NCBI RefSeq assembly: GCF_009914755.1
Contig: NC_060935.1
Origin: the human T2T-CHM13v2.0 reference genome, Homo sapiens
DNA length: 64,000 nucleotides
Strand: one strand, 5' to 3'
Position 1 is the first letter of the stretch; each line of letters opens with the position of its first letter. The notes beneath the pieces are model-generated. The model was not told where the DNA came from. It made no database searches and saw nothing but the letters and a program-made list of their open reading frames with translations. The position numbers were made by a program, and so were the translations under genes. This document shows positions 40,791 through 52,090 of this stretch, one piece after another.

Positions 40791-43700
40791 ACAAAAATCC
40801 TTCAGAGATTTCTTAGTAGACTGGTCTTTCAGATTTCATAATGGGAAGACCTCATTAAGAACAGAGATAATCAACACATCCAAAGTTCCCAGCTTAGCTC
40901 CTCACAGAATCTCTACCAGGCATTAGGACTTTCCAGTAACCTGTAGCCCAGCCTCTTTGTCTTAGGGTAGATATTACTCTTCCTCTACTCCTACCTTAAA
41001 CCAGTGAAGTTTTTTTTTTTTTTTAGAACCAATGTGGCTATTCAGTAAAGAACTCCAAAATTTCTAGATTCCTCCAAATGTGGTAATAAGAGCACCGTTC
41101 TTTCACATAAGATGTATTTGGAAACTACAACTAGATGTTGTTAACAAAGGATGACGAAAGGTAGAATTGGAATTAGAAACAACTACAGCTTCAGATATAC
41201 ATCCAAATAGTCAGACTATACAAACTTATTTGTGGCCAGATTCCAAAGAAATAAGTCTATTTCTCTAGAGACATTGGCTTTGTTTCCAGTTGGTTATTAT
41301 ATTCTTTTTGCTGGGGCAATGAACAAAAGATAAAAATTAACCCCATGCCCAGTCTGAAATTTTCTGAGGAGTATAGTGGCTTGAGCAATGGAAAAGGTTT
41401 TCTGTCCCAGACAGAGAAGCAGGAAAGAGCACTGAGAGCAAGGCAGGATGAGATGGGAAGCCCAGGAGGGAGAAATCAAGGTAGCTGAGATTAATGGCCC
41501 TATCTTTTCTGATGCTTCCATGGCAATCTTCTCTAGGAGGGGTGAATTATAGTTGATAACATAAACTCACTGAGTCTCCTGGTCTACAGCTGTCATAGAC
41601 AAGAATGAACGAATTCAAGAACCTTCACTCTGGAAATCTCAGTTCTGTTTAAATGGGTAGTGTACAGCTCACATTAAAAAACTTTGCCCCCATGGGAAAG
41701 CAGGGCTACAGCAGATTTTGGGATATTGGCAATATTGGCAGAATCTGAATCTTCAACCCCAGACTTGCTGCATTTCTACCAGAAGAATGAATGCTTCCTG
41801 CTTATATGGAACACCTGGGTCCCTACATGACTCTCATGCTCATTATTTTCCTAGTTCCAAAGCAGACCTAGCAGCTCAAGGATGCTGTACTGTAATTGCT
41901 ATTTGTGACTGTTTCATGCACCATCAGACCTACCCCCTCTGAGGTTCCAGAAGCTATTTTCCTGTCCTAAGCTCCACTCTGCCACTTCCCTCCCCACAGC
42001 CCACCAGGGCTAAGGCTATTTTAGGCATCTGAACCTAGAGCATAGGCCTATTCTTCAGGGAGGCATGGGTAGAAAACACAGAAGATAAAATCCAATATTG
42101 GGATAGTGATTAACAGGAAGAAAATTGAGGAAACATCACGGAGACTTGAGGCATTACAAATAAAAATTAAAATCTTATATACTTGAAAAACAAATATTTC
42201 TAGACTTAGGAGAGAGAGAGCTTCATTTCAGACTTTAGGTATACTCTTAGGAAAATTATGTTTAAATGAGAATTACACAGTATCCATAAACCGGGGTCAT
42301 TTTATTATAGCCAGTATACAAAAATGGGCTATAAAGCCTAACATATTACAGACATATCATTTCCCTATTACCTACATCACAATGGCTTCAAAATTGGAAT
42401 GGGCAAGTGGAATATTTGTTATTAATGATAAGAGCATGAAAATCCAACTCACTCACTGGACAGGTATAAGATTTGTCCAAATGTGTGTGACAGTGAAGGA
42501 AAAATGCCTTGGAAAGCCTCTCGGTACCAGCAATAGGAGTGAGGAAACTGGAGAGGATGCTGAGACACAATCCTCTGTCTCACCTCACAAGTCTGGGCTC
42601 CAAGAATGAGATGGTGGGATGACAATTGTGTTGCAGACAATGGTGCATAACTGGGTGAGATTTTACCTATGTCACTTTGAACTTCTCTCTCTGTCTTCCA
42701 AAGGAAACCTTGGGTTGGGTATCAGCTCACCTCCTCTGGCCAAGCTATGACTGACCATAAATAATGCCTGAGGATAGAGATGGTTTCATTACACACTACC
42801 TGTTACCCTTCCAACCCTACCACCTCTTCCTAGAGAAAAGAAAAGATCCCAGGGAGACTCCTGCTACAGTCTGATTTATGTATTGTCTGTGTGCCTGAAT
42901 CAGAGGCCCTCACTTAGAAAGAGTCTAAATTAGGAAGGATAATAAAGCAAAAAAAGGGGAAATTATGATAGAAGGGAGAGCGGCAGACAAAAGTGATAAC
43001 ACCAAGGGAAGGGACTATCACTCTTTTCTATTGAAAATATTTCAGAAGCAGCGAGTAATAACCGACCAGTTTTTCTCAGGTGAAGTGCCAAGTGACACCT
43101 GATTTTGAGAGAAGTTGCAGAAGTTATTCTACCCCAAGAAGAAAAGTTGGACTAAAATAAGAACCCAATAGGACACTCTGGAGAAAATATGTAACACAGC
43201 ATTTATGGACTCTGTTTCATTTGCTATTTTATAGGTAAACTGAGAGTGAGGATTCTTAACAATGCTTTGAGCAGGGATTGCAAAGCAGTCAAGCCTCTGC
43301 ACACTGTGTGGTCATGAATTACGAAGATAATTTACCAAGACAGCTGCTTGGACATGGTGAAAACAGTTTCCTATTTTATGATTATTGTGTCATGCTCTCT
43401 CAAACATACAAGATGGGATTGTTGGTACAATTTGGAGGGGCAAGTGGCATTGGAAGCCTGGTAGCCTTAAAGAATGTGAGCACTGGAGTGGTATTATAGC
43501 CACATATCTTCAATGGCTGTCCCTACGTGTTTCCGAAGGGATGCTTGTGGAGAGCCTCGTGGTGCACCCAGACTGAAATGGATATAAATAGGCTATGTTC
43601 AACTAAAGGTCTTATGGGGCACCCAATAGTTTGGAGTTCCTACATGATAACCCTCACATAAGCAAGAGAACTTCTCAAGAAAATAAACTAGTGACAAAAA

Positions 43701-44458
43701 TAACTAGAGGGAAAGAGGAGGACTCAAATTCCATGGATACCTTAATGCCCCAAGGTAAATAAGGTGTGCAATAACGGTCAGCCTATTATTCAGAGGGCAG
43801 CAGGGGAAGCAGCAAGCTTGGGGAAATAATAATAATGATAAATCATTCAATGTGTATATAATTTAATGTGTATATACTTACTGTACAAAAACTTTTATTA
43901 ATTCACTCTTTGAAAAAACAATAAAAAATAAATTAACACCATTTTCAAGGTAATTAAGCCAGAATTTATGAGTTTAACCAAAGTTCACAAAAGCGGAGTA
44001 CACAAATTTAGCCAAATTATTTTATCTGAGAATAAAATTCCAGTTCTCCAGACTGTCTCAATCCTAATGGTCTTCACTGTATAAAGGTTCATTTTGTGCT
44101 GGCTAAAAATATGGCTCTCTGTTAGGTACTATAAGGACATATAATAGTATAAGATTTTATTGTTGTTTCCAAGTAGTTATTAAAGAAAATGAGAGATGAG
44201 AGATCACTTATAAAATGTTCTACAGATTTTGTTCAACACATTTTTATTTTAAATTTATCTGTATGTATAAGAGACAGTAAAAGTAGCCATGCAGAATTTT
44301 AAAGATGAATAAAATACTCTCAACCTAAAAGAAGCTTATGACAGTGTCAGAGAAAGAAATACAGCCACACAAGATGCAAGAATAATGATTCCAGTCGGGA
44401 GGATCAGGGAAGGAAGACCTACTGTGGGAGATGGCATTTGAATTCAACCTGGTAGGAA

Positions 44459-45136
44459 GGAAACAACAGGTGCTGGAGAGGATGTGGAGAAATAGGAACA
44501 CTTTTACACTGTTGGTGGCACTGTAAACTAGTTCAACCATTGTGGAAGTCAGTGTGGAGATTCCTCAGGGATCTAGAACTAGAAATACCATTTGACCCAG
44601 CCATCCCATTACTGGGTACATACCCAAAGGATTATAAATCATGCTGCTATAAAGACACATGCACATGTATGTTTATTGCGGCACCATTCACAATAGCAAA
44701 GACTTGGAACCAAGCCAAATGTCCAACAATGGTAGACTGGATTAAGAAAATGTGGCACATCTACACCATGGAATACTATGCAGCCATAAAAAATGATGAG
44801 TTCATGTCCTTGGTAGGGACATGGATGAAGCTGGAAACCATCATTCTCAGCAAACTATCGCAAGGACAAAAAACCAAACACCGCATTTTCTCACTCATAG
44901 GTGGGAGTTGAACAATGAGAACACATGGACACAGGAAGGGGAACATCACACACCGGGGACTGTTGTGGGTTAGGGGGAGTGGGGAGGGATAGCATTAGGA
45001 GATATACCTAATGTTAAATGACGAGTTAATGGGTGCAGCACGCCAACATGGCACATGTATACATATGTAACAAACCTGCACATTGTGCACATGTACTCTA
45101 AAACTTAAAACATAATAAAAAAATAAAAAATAAAAA
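44459..45136 (+). mobile_element. 5'-truncated L1PA (PA3/PA4-like)
   Basis: ORF2 C-terminus, 3' UTR and poly(A); TSD aacctggtaggaa (44446-44458 / 45137-45149). Confidence 0.95.
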
Positions 45137-46553
45137 AACCTGGTAGGAAAGATGGGGTTTGGCAAATGGTGATAATGGTAAAAGAAGGCTGATGTGAGAA
45201 GCATCAAATGATTGAAGAGAGAGAGCAAAATGGGAATAAGTAATTTTCAAGAAATAATGAGCAGCTCATTTTGGCTACAGTGGCAGAGAAAACAAAGTTT
45301 AAGATAAGTCGAAAGTATGTTAGGGCTAGAATATAGCAGGTCTGTAATAAAAAATGCTGTAACATATTAAACATTTTAAACACTGTAGAGATATTTATTT
45401 TAATGCAAGTCATTCAGCAAAGATAAGCTTCAGTACAAATGGAAGTAGGATAGTCCAGTTGGGACAGTTGTCAAACAATGCCTGGACAAATGATGGACTT
45501 GAAATCTGAATTTGCATCCCCAAAAGAGACAGATTAAGACTGTTTATATTCCTTGGAGATACTGAACTGTGTGGCATCATTAAGAAGGAAATGCCAAAAT
45601 AGTAGAATACACTATTCTGTGAAAAACAAACCTAGAACTTTCATGTCTGGGAAACTGTTGGCAGCTTTGCCAGCCACAGCTCAGGAGGGAGGATGCAGCA
45701 AACAGCATCAGAGGGAATGAACAGGATGGCTCATTTGTGCCTAGGATGGGGACTTCAAGGTGAGATAGGAACTAGGATTATAACGACATGAAGATGAAGA
45801 TGATGAAGAAAAGAACATACAGCACTTCAAACAGTACAACTCCTCCCCAACCTAAAAATCCTAAAACTTTATCAACCTCATTTACAAACCAAAAACTGAA
45901 GAAAGAAAATCTAAGTAGAGAGAAAGAATAGAAAACGCTGCCCTCAGAGAGGTGGTACAGACTGAATATCTTAATTGGGTCTAGGAGAATTTTAGGAGCC
46001 AGTGAATAGCACATCTGCCTCAGGTGCCATGGAAGAGAGTCGGGGTATTCAGGGCAAGGCACTGAACCCCAAGTTGTTCCAGGGTGGACATCTGGACTTA
46101 ACCCAAGCCATGCCTTCATCGCACACAAGCCAGGTAGCCGTCTACCAGGCTGAATCAGAGACAGGGAAGGAATCAGTGTCATTTGCAAATCAAAAAACAG
46201 GCTGATCTTTTTAAGGGCATTATATAAAGTTTGTTTCTTTAGTGGTCAAACACTTCCATTCTAATACAGCTCCATTTGTCAAAGTCTTGGCAAGATTCTT
46301 TGTTGCAGATTAGATCAGGAAAAATTCCAAAGTAACCATAGAATCCAGAAAAGGGAGGTTTCCTTTCAAGCAACAGAAAACAAAGATTCACAAATAAATG
46401 TGTTCATTGTTGCCTGAGATATTGAGAACAGAAGAATCCGAACTCAGGCAGGATTTAAAGTGAAATTTCCTTTCCAACATAAAATTAATTCCCTATTTCC
46501 CAATTTTCACTAACAATTAACAACTCTAAAGGTGGATCTAATCCTTTTTATTC

Positions 46554-47495
46554 TTACAACCTCTTCAGCAGGTTTTGGATTCCCTGCTTGATCTCCTTGG
46601 TTCTCACACCATAAACAATGGGGTTCAGAGCTGGGGGAATGAGGTGGTGCAGGATGTTGAGCAGGATGGGGACATCTGGAGGAATTCTCTTCCTGGCCAG
46701 GTTAGTGATGACCAGAACCAGCAGGACTGTGCTGAAGAAGAGGATGAGGATGAAGTGGGAACCACACGTGCTCAAGGCCTTGGCCACAGCACCCTCGGCC
46801 TTGATCCTAAGCACAACTTTCAATATAAAAGAATAGGAGATAACAATAAGGATAAGATCAGAGCCCAACAGAGTCCAGCCTGCCACAAACTGGTAGAGCT
46901 GATTGAAAGTGATGTCATCACAAGAGAGTTTGGACACAGACAGGTTACTGCAGATGCAGTTCTTGATTATGTTTCCTGCACAGTATCTGAGCCTGGCAGA
47001 AAGCATGGGAACAGGAAGAGAAACAAAGGCATTCCGGGCTATAACAAAGACCACGGCCCTAGCCACAAACTGGTCAGTGATGATAGACGGGTATCTCAAT
47101 GGATGGCAGATGGCCACATAACGGTCATAGGCCATGACCATGAACGTGCAGGACTCCATGGTCAAAAAACTGTTCATGATGAACATCTGGAGGAAGCAGG
47201 CTGGGAAGCTGATCGACCTGAGGTCAAACCAGAAGATGGCCAGGACCTTGGGGATGACGGTGAGGCAGAGCACGATGTCCAGCAGGGAGAGGAGGCTGAG
47301 CAGGTAGTACAGGGGCTGGTGCAGAGAGGCCTCCAGCTGGATGGTGATCAGGAGGGTGGTGTTAGCTCCCATGGCCAGGAGGAAGAGAAGGCTGAGGGGC
47401 AGAGACAACCAGTGCTGCCAGCTCTGGAAGTTGGGGAAGCAGATGAGGAGGAATTCAGAGACTGGGGCAGTGGAGTCATTGCTGGGAGATGCCAT
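46554..47495 (-). CDS. OR56A4: Olfactory receptor family 56 subfamily A member 4, 313 aa (in-frame upstream ATG at 47651 gives 365 aa)
   Basis: MASPSNDSTAP start at 47495 gives exactly the same 942-nt length as OR56A5; motifs MAYDRYVAICHPLRY, KALSTCGSH, PPALNPIVYG. Confidence 0.95.
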   Translation of the reverse strand: MASPSNDSTAPVSEFLLICFPNFQSWQHWLSLPLSLLFLLAMGANTTLLITIQLEASLHQPLYYLLSLLSLLDIVLCLTVIPKVLAIFWFDLRSISFPACFLQMFIMNSFLTMESCTFMVMAYDRYVAICHPLRYPSIITDQFVARAVVFVIARNAFVSLPVPMLSARLRYCAGNIIKNCICSNLSVSKLSCDDITFNQLYQFVAGWTLLGSDLILIVISYSFILKVVLRIKAEGAVAKALSTCGSHFILILFFSTVLLVLVITNLARKRIPPDVPILLNILHHLIPPALNPIVYGVRTKEIKQGIQNLLKRL

Positions 47496-47859
47496 GTAAA
47501 GTTTCCTGATCAATCTGGAGACCCAGTGTACCTTAAAACGTAGTAGAGAAGTACAGAAACATAAAAAGTACATTCTAGACGTAGTAGAGTGTGGGTTTCC
47601 ACTGAGGCCCTGTATCTGTCCCAATAAAGTTTTTAAAATCACTGTCATCATCCTCCCTTATATTTAACCAAGTATGTATCATATGCCAGCCACAATGTTT
47701 TATATTCATTATCTCATTTCATCCTTTTAAAAAATACTAAGGAGTAATTAATATTGTTATCCTAATGTTACAGGTAATAAAATAGAGATAAGGGAAAATT
47801 GTAAGAAGAATCTTCTACCACCACGCAGTTTAAAAACCAGCAATCACAAGTATCATTTA

Positions 47860-48273
47860 TTGTTGTGCGTTTATATGATTTCAGTACACTTTACTAATAT
47901 TTACTTTACAATGATTTTCATTCATTCATTCATTTCTCAACCCACTTATTCCAGTTCAAGTTTACAGGTGGGCCAAGCTTATCCCAGCAGCTTTGGGTTG
48001 GTTCCCAGAAGCTCAGGGAACCAGGACGCCATTGCATTACAGGGAGCACTCACACACACAACCACTCAGTCACACTGGGACAATTTAGACTTAAACAGTA
48101 CATCGTTGGGATGTAGAAGGAAACTAGAGTACCTAGAAAAAACTCAGGGAGACATGGAGAGAACATGCAAACACCACACAGACAGTGGCCCCCACCTGAA
48201 ATCCATTTTTTTTCCTTGTCAGTGTTATAATGACACAACGTTGTGTGAAATGATGTTACATGAGGACCTGCTG
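47860..48273. mobile_element. Tigger3-like (TcMar) DNA transposon fragment
   Basis: Ends in gaggacctgctg followed by TA; internal gacatggagagaacatgcaaac...acacagacagtggcccc matches Tigger3 from memory. Confidence 0.7.
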
Positions 48274-48610
48274 TAATCAAATGAGCTGAAGTTCACCAAA
48301 GATGGAATAGAAGTCAGAGAGTGAGTTTTAGGCAAGTAAATATATGCAAGAACCCACTTACCTGGTAAGTAAAATTACCTATTCTTCCTTGTGACCAGGA
48401 TCCAATTATCCTTAGCATATGTAATCTACATTCTGTAAACTCATCTGCTTTGATTACAGCTGTTTCTTTTGTGGGGTATCATTTGTTTTCCCTGACTACT
48501 AAACAAAGAGAAAGAGGCCAAATACTAAGAAGGGTAACAGCAATGACTGTCACAGTCAAAGAGGCAGAATGTAGCCAGGGAGTCATTGCAGGATAAGAGA
48601 GGGAGACTAG

Positions 48611-48872
48611 CTTTGGGAGGCCAAGGGAGGCAGATCATGAGGTCAGGAGTTCAAGACCAGCCTGGCCAACATAATGAAACCTCGTCTCTATTAAAAATAC
48701 AAAAATTAGCTGGGTGTGGTGGTGCATGCCTGTAATCCCAGCTACTTGGGAGGCTGAGACAGAATTGCTTGAACCGGACCTGGGGGGCGGAGGTTGCAGT
48801 GAGCCGAGATCACGCCACTGCACTCCGGCCTGGCAACAAAATGAGACTCCATCTCAGAAAAAAAAGAAAAAA
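48611..48872 (+). mobile_element. 5'-truncated AluS-type SINE
   Basis: Begins ctttgggaggcc, right monomer and A-tail present. Confidence 0.92.
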
Positions 48873-50067
48873 GAGAGGGAGATTAGGAAGTGTGTAATCA
48901 GCATAGCTACAATGACTGATCTTTCACCCCTGTCCCATCTGACAGGTCTTCTGTAAGAGGATTGAGGTGTGCATGAGAAGATATTAGAAGACTTTAGCTG
49001 CCAGAGAAGATAATGTAAGTATTTATTTAATCCAAGAATTTTCACCTTGAATATTCCAGACTTTCTAAACATAAATTATACAATATACATTATTTAAAAA
49101 AATTTACCCATTGTAGGGCCTTAAAACAAACCAAGAATTCAGGAGTTAAAACTGGAATAGGCACAATTATGCATCAGTTCTGCCCTGCATTTCAATATCT
49201 GATTAGGAAAATGACCCTCAGTGTGAATTTGAGAAATCAGATTGAACTAATTCACCTTATCTGTAAAGCCTTCTCCTTTCCAATAATCTCAAGTATAGCT
49301 ACTCTGAATGGCTTAATCTATTTGAACAAGTGAGAAAATAGTGTTTTCTTAGTTCCTCGTCAGAATGCTAAAGACAGCAGTACATTGCATAATTAAGCAA
49401 AAACCATTATCTTTTGAGAGCTTACCTAATTAGTAGAGAAAATTGACTTGCAAACATTTATAGTGCAATACAGTTGTGGCTCTAATAATGACAATCATAA
49501 AATAAGGAGACAATATTTCACATAATGAAGCAGTGTAATGTGGTTTAAAAGTTAGCCTCAAGCAGAAACAAATGACAATTCTGGCTCTTATACTGATCGT
49601 GTAAACCTAAAAGCTATTTCAATTCCATATTGCCCAGTTTTCTCACAAATGAAATAGAATAAATGATACGTAACTTTAGGTGTTATTGTGGGAGGGGAAA
49701 GGGGCTGTCATATTCTGAAGTTCTGTTAGGTCAAAAGATGCAACAAGCTAAGAGCATCAAAGGACAAAAAAAATGAGGTAACATTTCGTGGGGGAGAATA
49801 AAGACTGTCCTTTTAGGCAAAGGTAAGAACAAAAAAACCTGCCTTCATGGATGTTAAGTAATGACTAGTAATTAGGCATTAGGGGCTACTGCATCCCAAG
49901 TTCTTTGGGGAAAAGGAGGCGGGAGAGTAGAGTGTCAAAAGATGTTCAAAGGGAAGCAGTGGCAGCCTTGAGAGGATCCTTAGAAGTCTGTCTGATGGTA
50001 GGCATTGTCACGTACATTGTAGGAAATCACAGAATATTTGAAAAGGAACGTGATATGCAATAGATGG

Positions 50068-50438
50068 TGTCTTAGACCACTTTAACCGCTAAAACAAAAT
50101 ACCATAAACTGGGTGGCTTATAAACAACAAACATTCAAATCTTGTAGTTCTGGAAGCTAAGAAGTATAAGATCCAAGTGCCAGCAGATTCCTTGTCTGGC
50201 TAGAGCTCATTTCTTAGTTCAGAGGTGGCACCTTCTCATTGTGTCCTGACATGGTGAAAGGGGCTAGCTAGCTCTCTACCATCTCTTTTATACAGGTATC
50301 AGTCTCAACCATAAGCCCTCATAATTTAATTATCTCACAAAGTTTCCACTTTCTAATACCATCATCTTGGAGGTGGGAGGGAGGTTAGGATTTCAACATA
50401 TGAATTTTCCGAGGACACAAACACTGAGACCATAGCAG
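50068..50438 (-). mobile_element. MaLR LTR (MLT1/MST-like)
   Basis: tgtcttag...aaataccataaactgggtggcttataaacaac...ccatagca termini. Confidence 0.75.
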
Positions 50439-50599
50439 ATAGGTCAAAGGCGAATCGTGGAAGGTAGGGAGGCTTTTTGGAGAGTCCCAAATAGTTCAAA
50501 GGAAAAGTGATTAAGATCTGAACAAAAGTAATAACCATGTAAATGGAGAAGAAAGAGTAATTTTGAGGGGTGAGGAGGGCTACAAGAAAATTCAGTGTA

Positions 50600-51600
50600 A
50601 GAAAGATTAAGGAGACAGAGAAAGGCTGCAGTCAGGAATGCCTCCCAGATTTTTTAACGAATACAGGAAGACATATGTTCTTTTGGACTTCCAGTAGCAC
50701 TGATAGATTCTTCCAGGTAATAATATATTTTCAGCTTTGTTTCATAGTTACCTTGTAATTCCTTAATAGCTGGAATGATTTTTCCTCCCTCTGAATTTTC
50801 CTTAGTGAAATTGAGGCCTCCTAATCTGAGAAATGAAGAATTGTTGACCATCTGGGGCATTGTTTTCGATCTTCAGTATGCCAACTCCATCAGTTCATAC
50901 CCTAGACTGATATTCACAAAGGAGTGGTCATTGTGGTTATTCATTCTAGGTGTCAATGAGCAAAACATGGTATCTGACCATGAGTCATTAACAGTCTGGA
51001 AAAGTCAGACAGATTCTGAACTAACCAAAATGGCAATGGAAGATTTGAGCCCAGCTATGATTGCCTAGAAGAAGCAGTCACCTAGGTTCATAGATGAATG
51101 TAGGGAAGAAAGGAAGATTATGACCTAGCTAGGCACAGAGCCTTGACCTCATAGCTATGATATAGTTAGGAGTCTTTGAGCCTACAGAAGTTTTCAGTCT
51201 ACAAGCCATGAAATGACTTAGCCTCAGCTCTGAAGGAAATCACAGCCATAGGTCAGTAATGCTTGTACCAGAACCTAAGTACTGTGGCAAGGTTGTCATC
51301 TACTACACTAGGCCTTATTGAAAGAGTTCTATATCCTTTTCACACCAGGCTCCTGGATTCCCCTTCCACTCATCAGCATCCTCTTCCTCATAATTTCCTT
51401 GGCCCCACCTTGAGACTCACCAAATTCAGAAGGCTGTACTGCTGCTATTTCTTGCTGTTTTCTACAGGAGCTGCAGAGGCTGATTTTATGGACCCTGACT
51501 CCACTAGTCCCTTCCCTCCACACTACTCACAAGAGTTAGTGCCATTATTAGGCACCTGGATCCTGGGGCCCTATGGTCCATGTCCCAGGAGAGTATGTTG
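50600..51600 (-). pseudogene. Putative ancient GVIN1/VLIG-like coding relic
   Basis: ORF 50654-50860 reads LRLGGLNFTKENSEGGK...Q...E..LKIY, in register with recalled Gvin1 VHLGGIYCWKAISEGFK...Q...ESLNIY. By-eye match only. Confidence 0.45.
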
Positions 51601-51689
51601 TGAAAGGTGTTCAGCATTGGGAGTAGAGTGAGGGTGAAAGAGTTCAAAGGCACTTGGGAAGTCTAATTAACAAAAATGGCATTCATCTA

Positions 51690-52090
51690 GGTAAAATAAG
51701 CCAGACACAGAAAGAAAAATATTGCATAATTTCACATCATGTGTGAAACCTTAAAAAGTCAAATTCACAGAAGCAAAGAGTAGATTGGTGGTTACCAAGG
51801 GGCAGGGAGAGAAGGAAATGGAGAGATGTTTCTCAAAGGATATAAAATTTCTGTTACAAGTATGAATAAGTTCTAGAGATCTAATGTGAAGTGTGGGGAT
51901 GGGAATAATATTTTATCATATGGTTAAAATTTGCTAAGACAATAGATCTTAAGACTTGCCACCACAAGAAAAGGTAACGATGTAAAGCAATGGATGTGCT
52001 AATTAGTGTGACTGTAGTATTCAGTGTGATGCACTCTATGTGTATCAAAACATCACTTTTTACACTTTATATATAATTTTATTTTAAAAA
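51690..52090 (+). mobile_element. Old L1M 3' UTR fragment
   Basis: aaataagccagacacagaaagaaaaatattgc...gagtagattggtggttacc pattern. Confidence 0.7.

Noticed and set aside
42847-42856. Isolated EBF/Olf1-like motifs (also 52393-52401)
   Set aside because: Imperfect matches to TCCCNNGGGA expected by chance in 64 kb; not called as features without expression data.
46575-47543. 322-aa plus-strand ORF antisense to OR56A4
   Set aside because: It is codon-aligned with the OR frame (offset 21 nt), so it only reflects absence of TTA/CTA/TCA codons. It starts at TTG, and the equivalent frame is broken in OR56A5.
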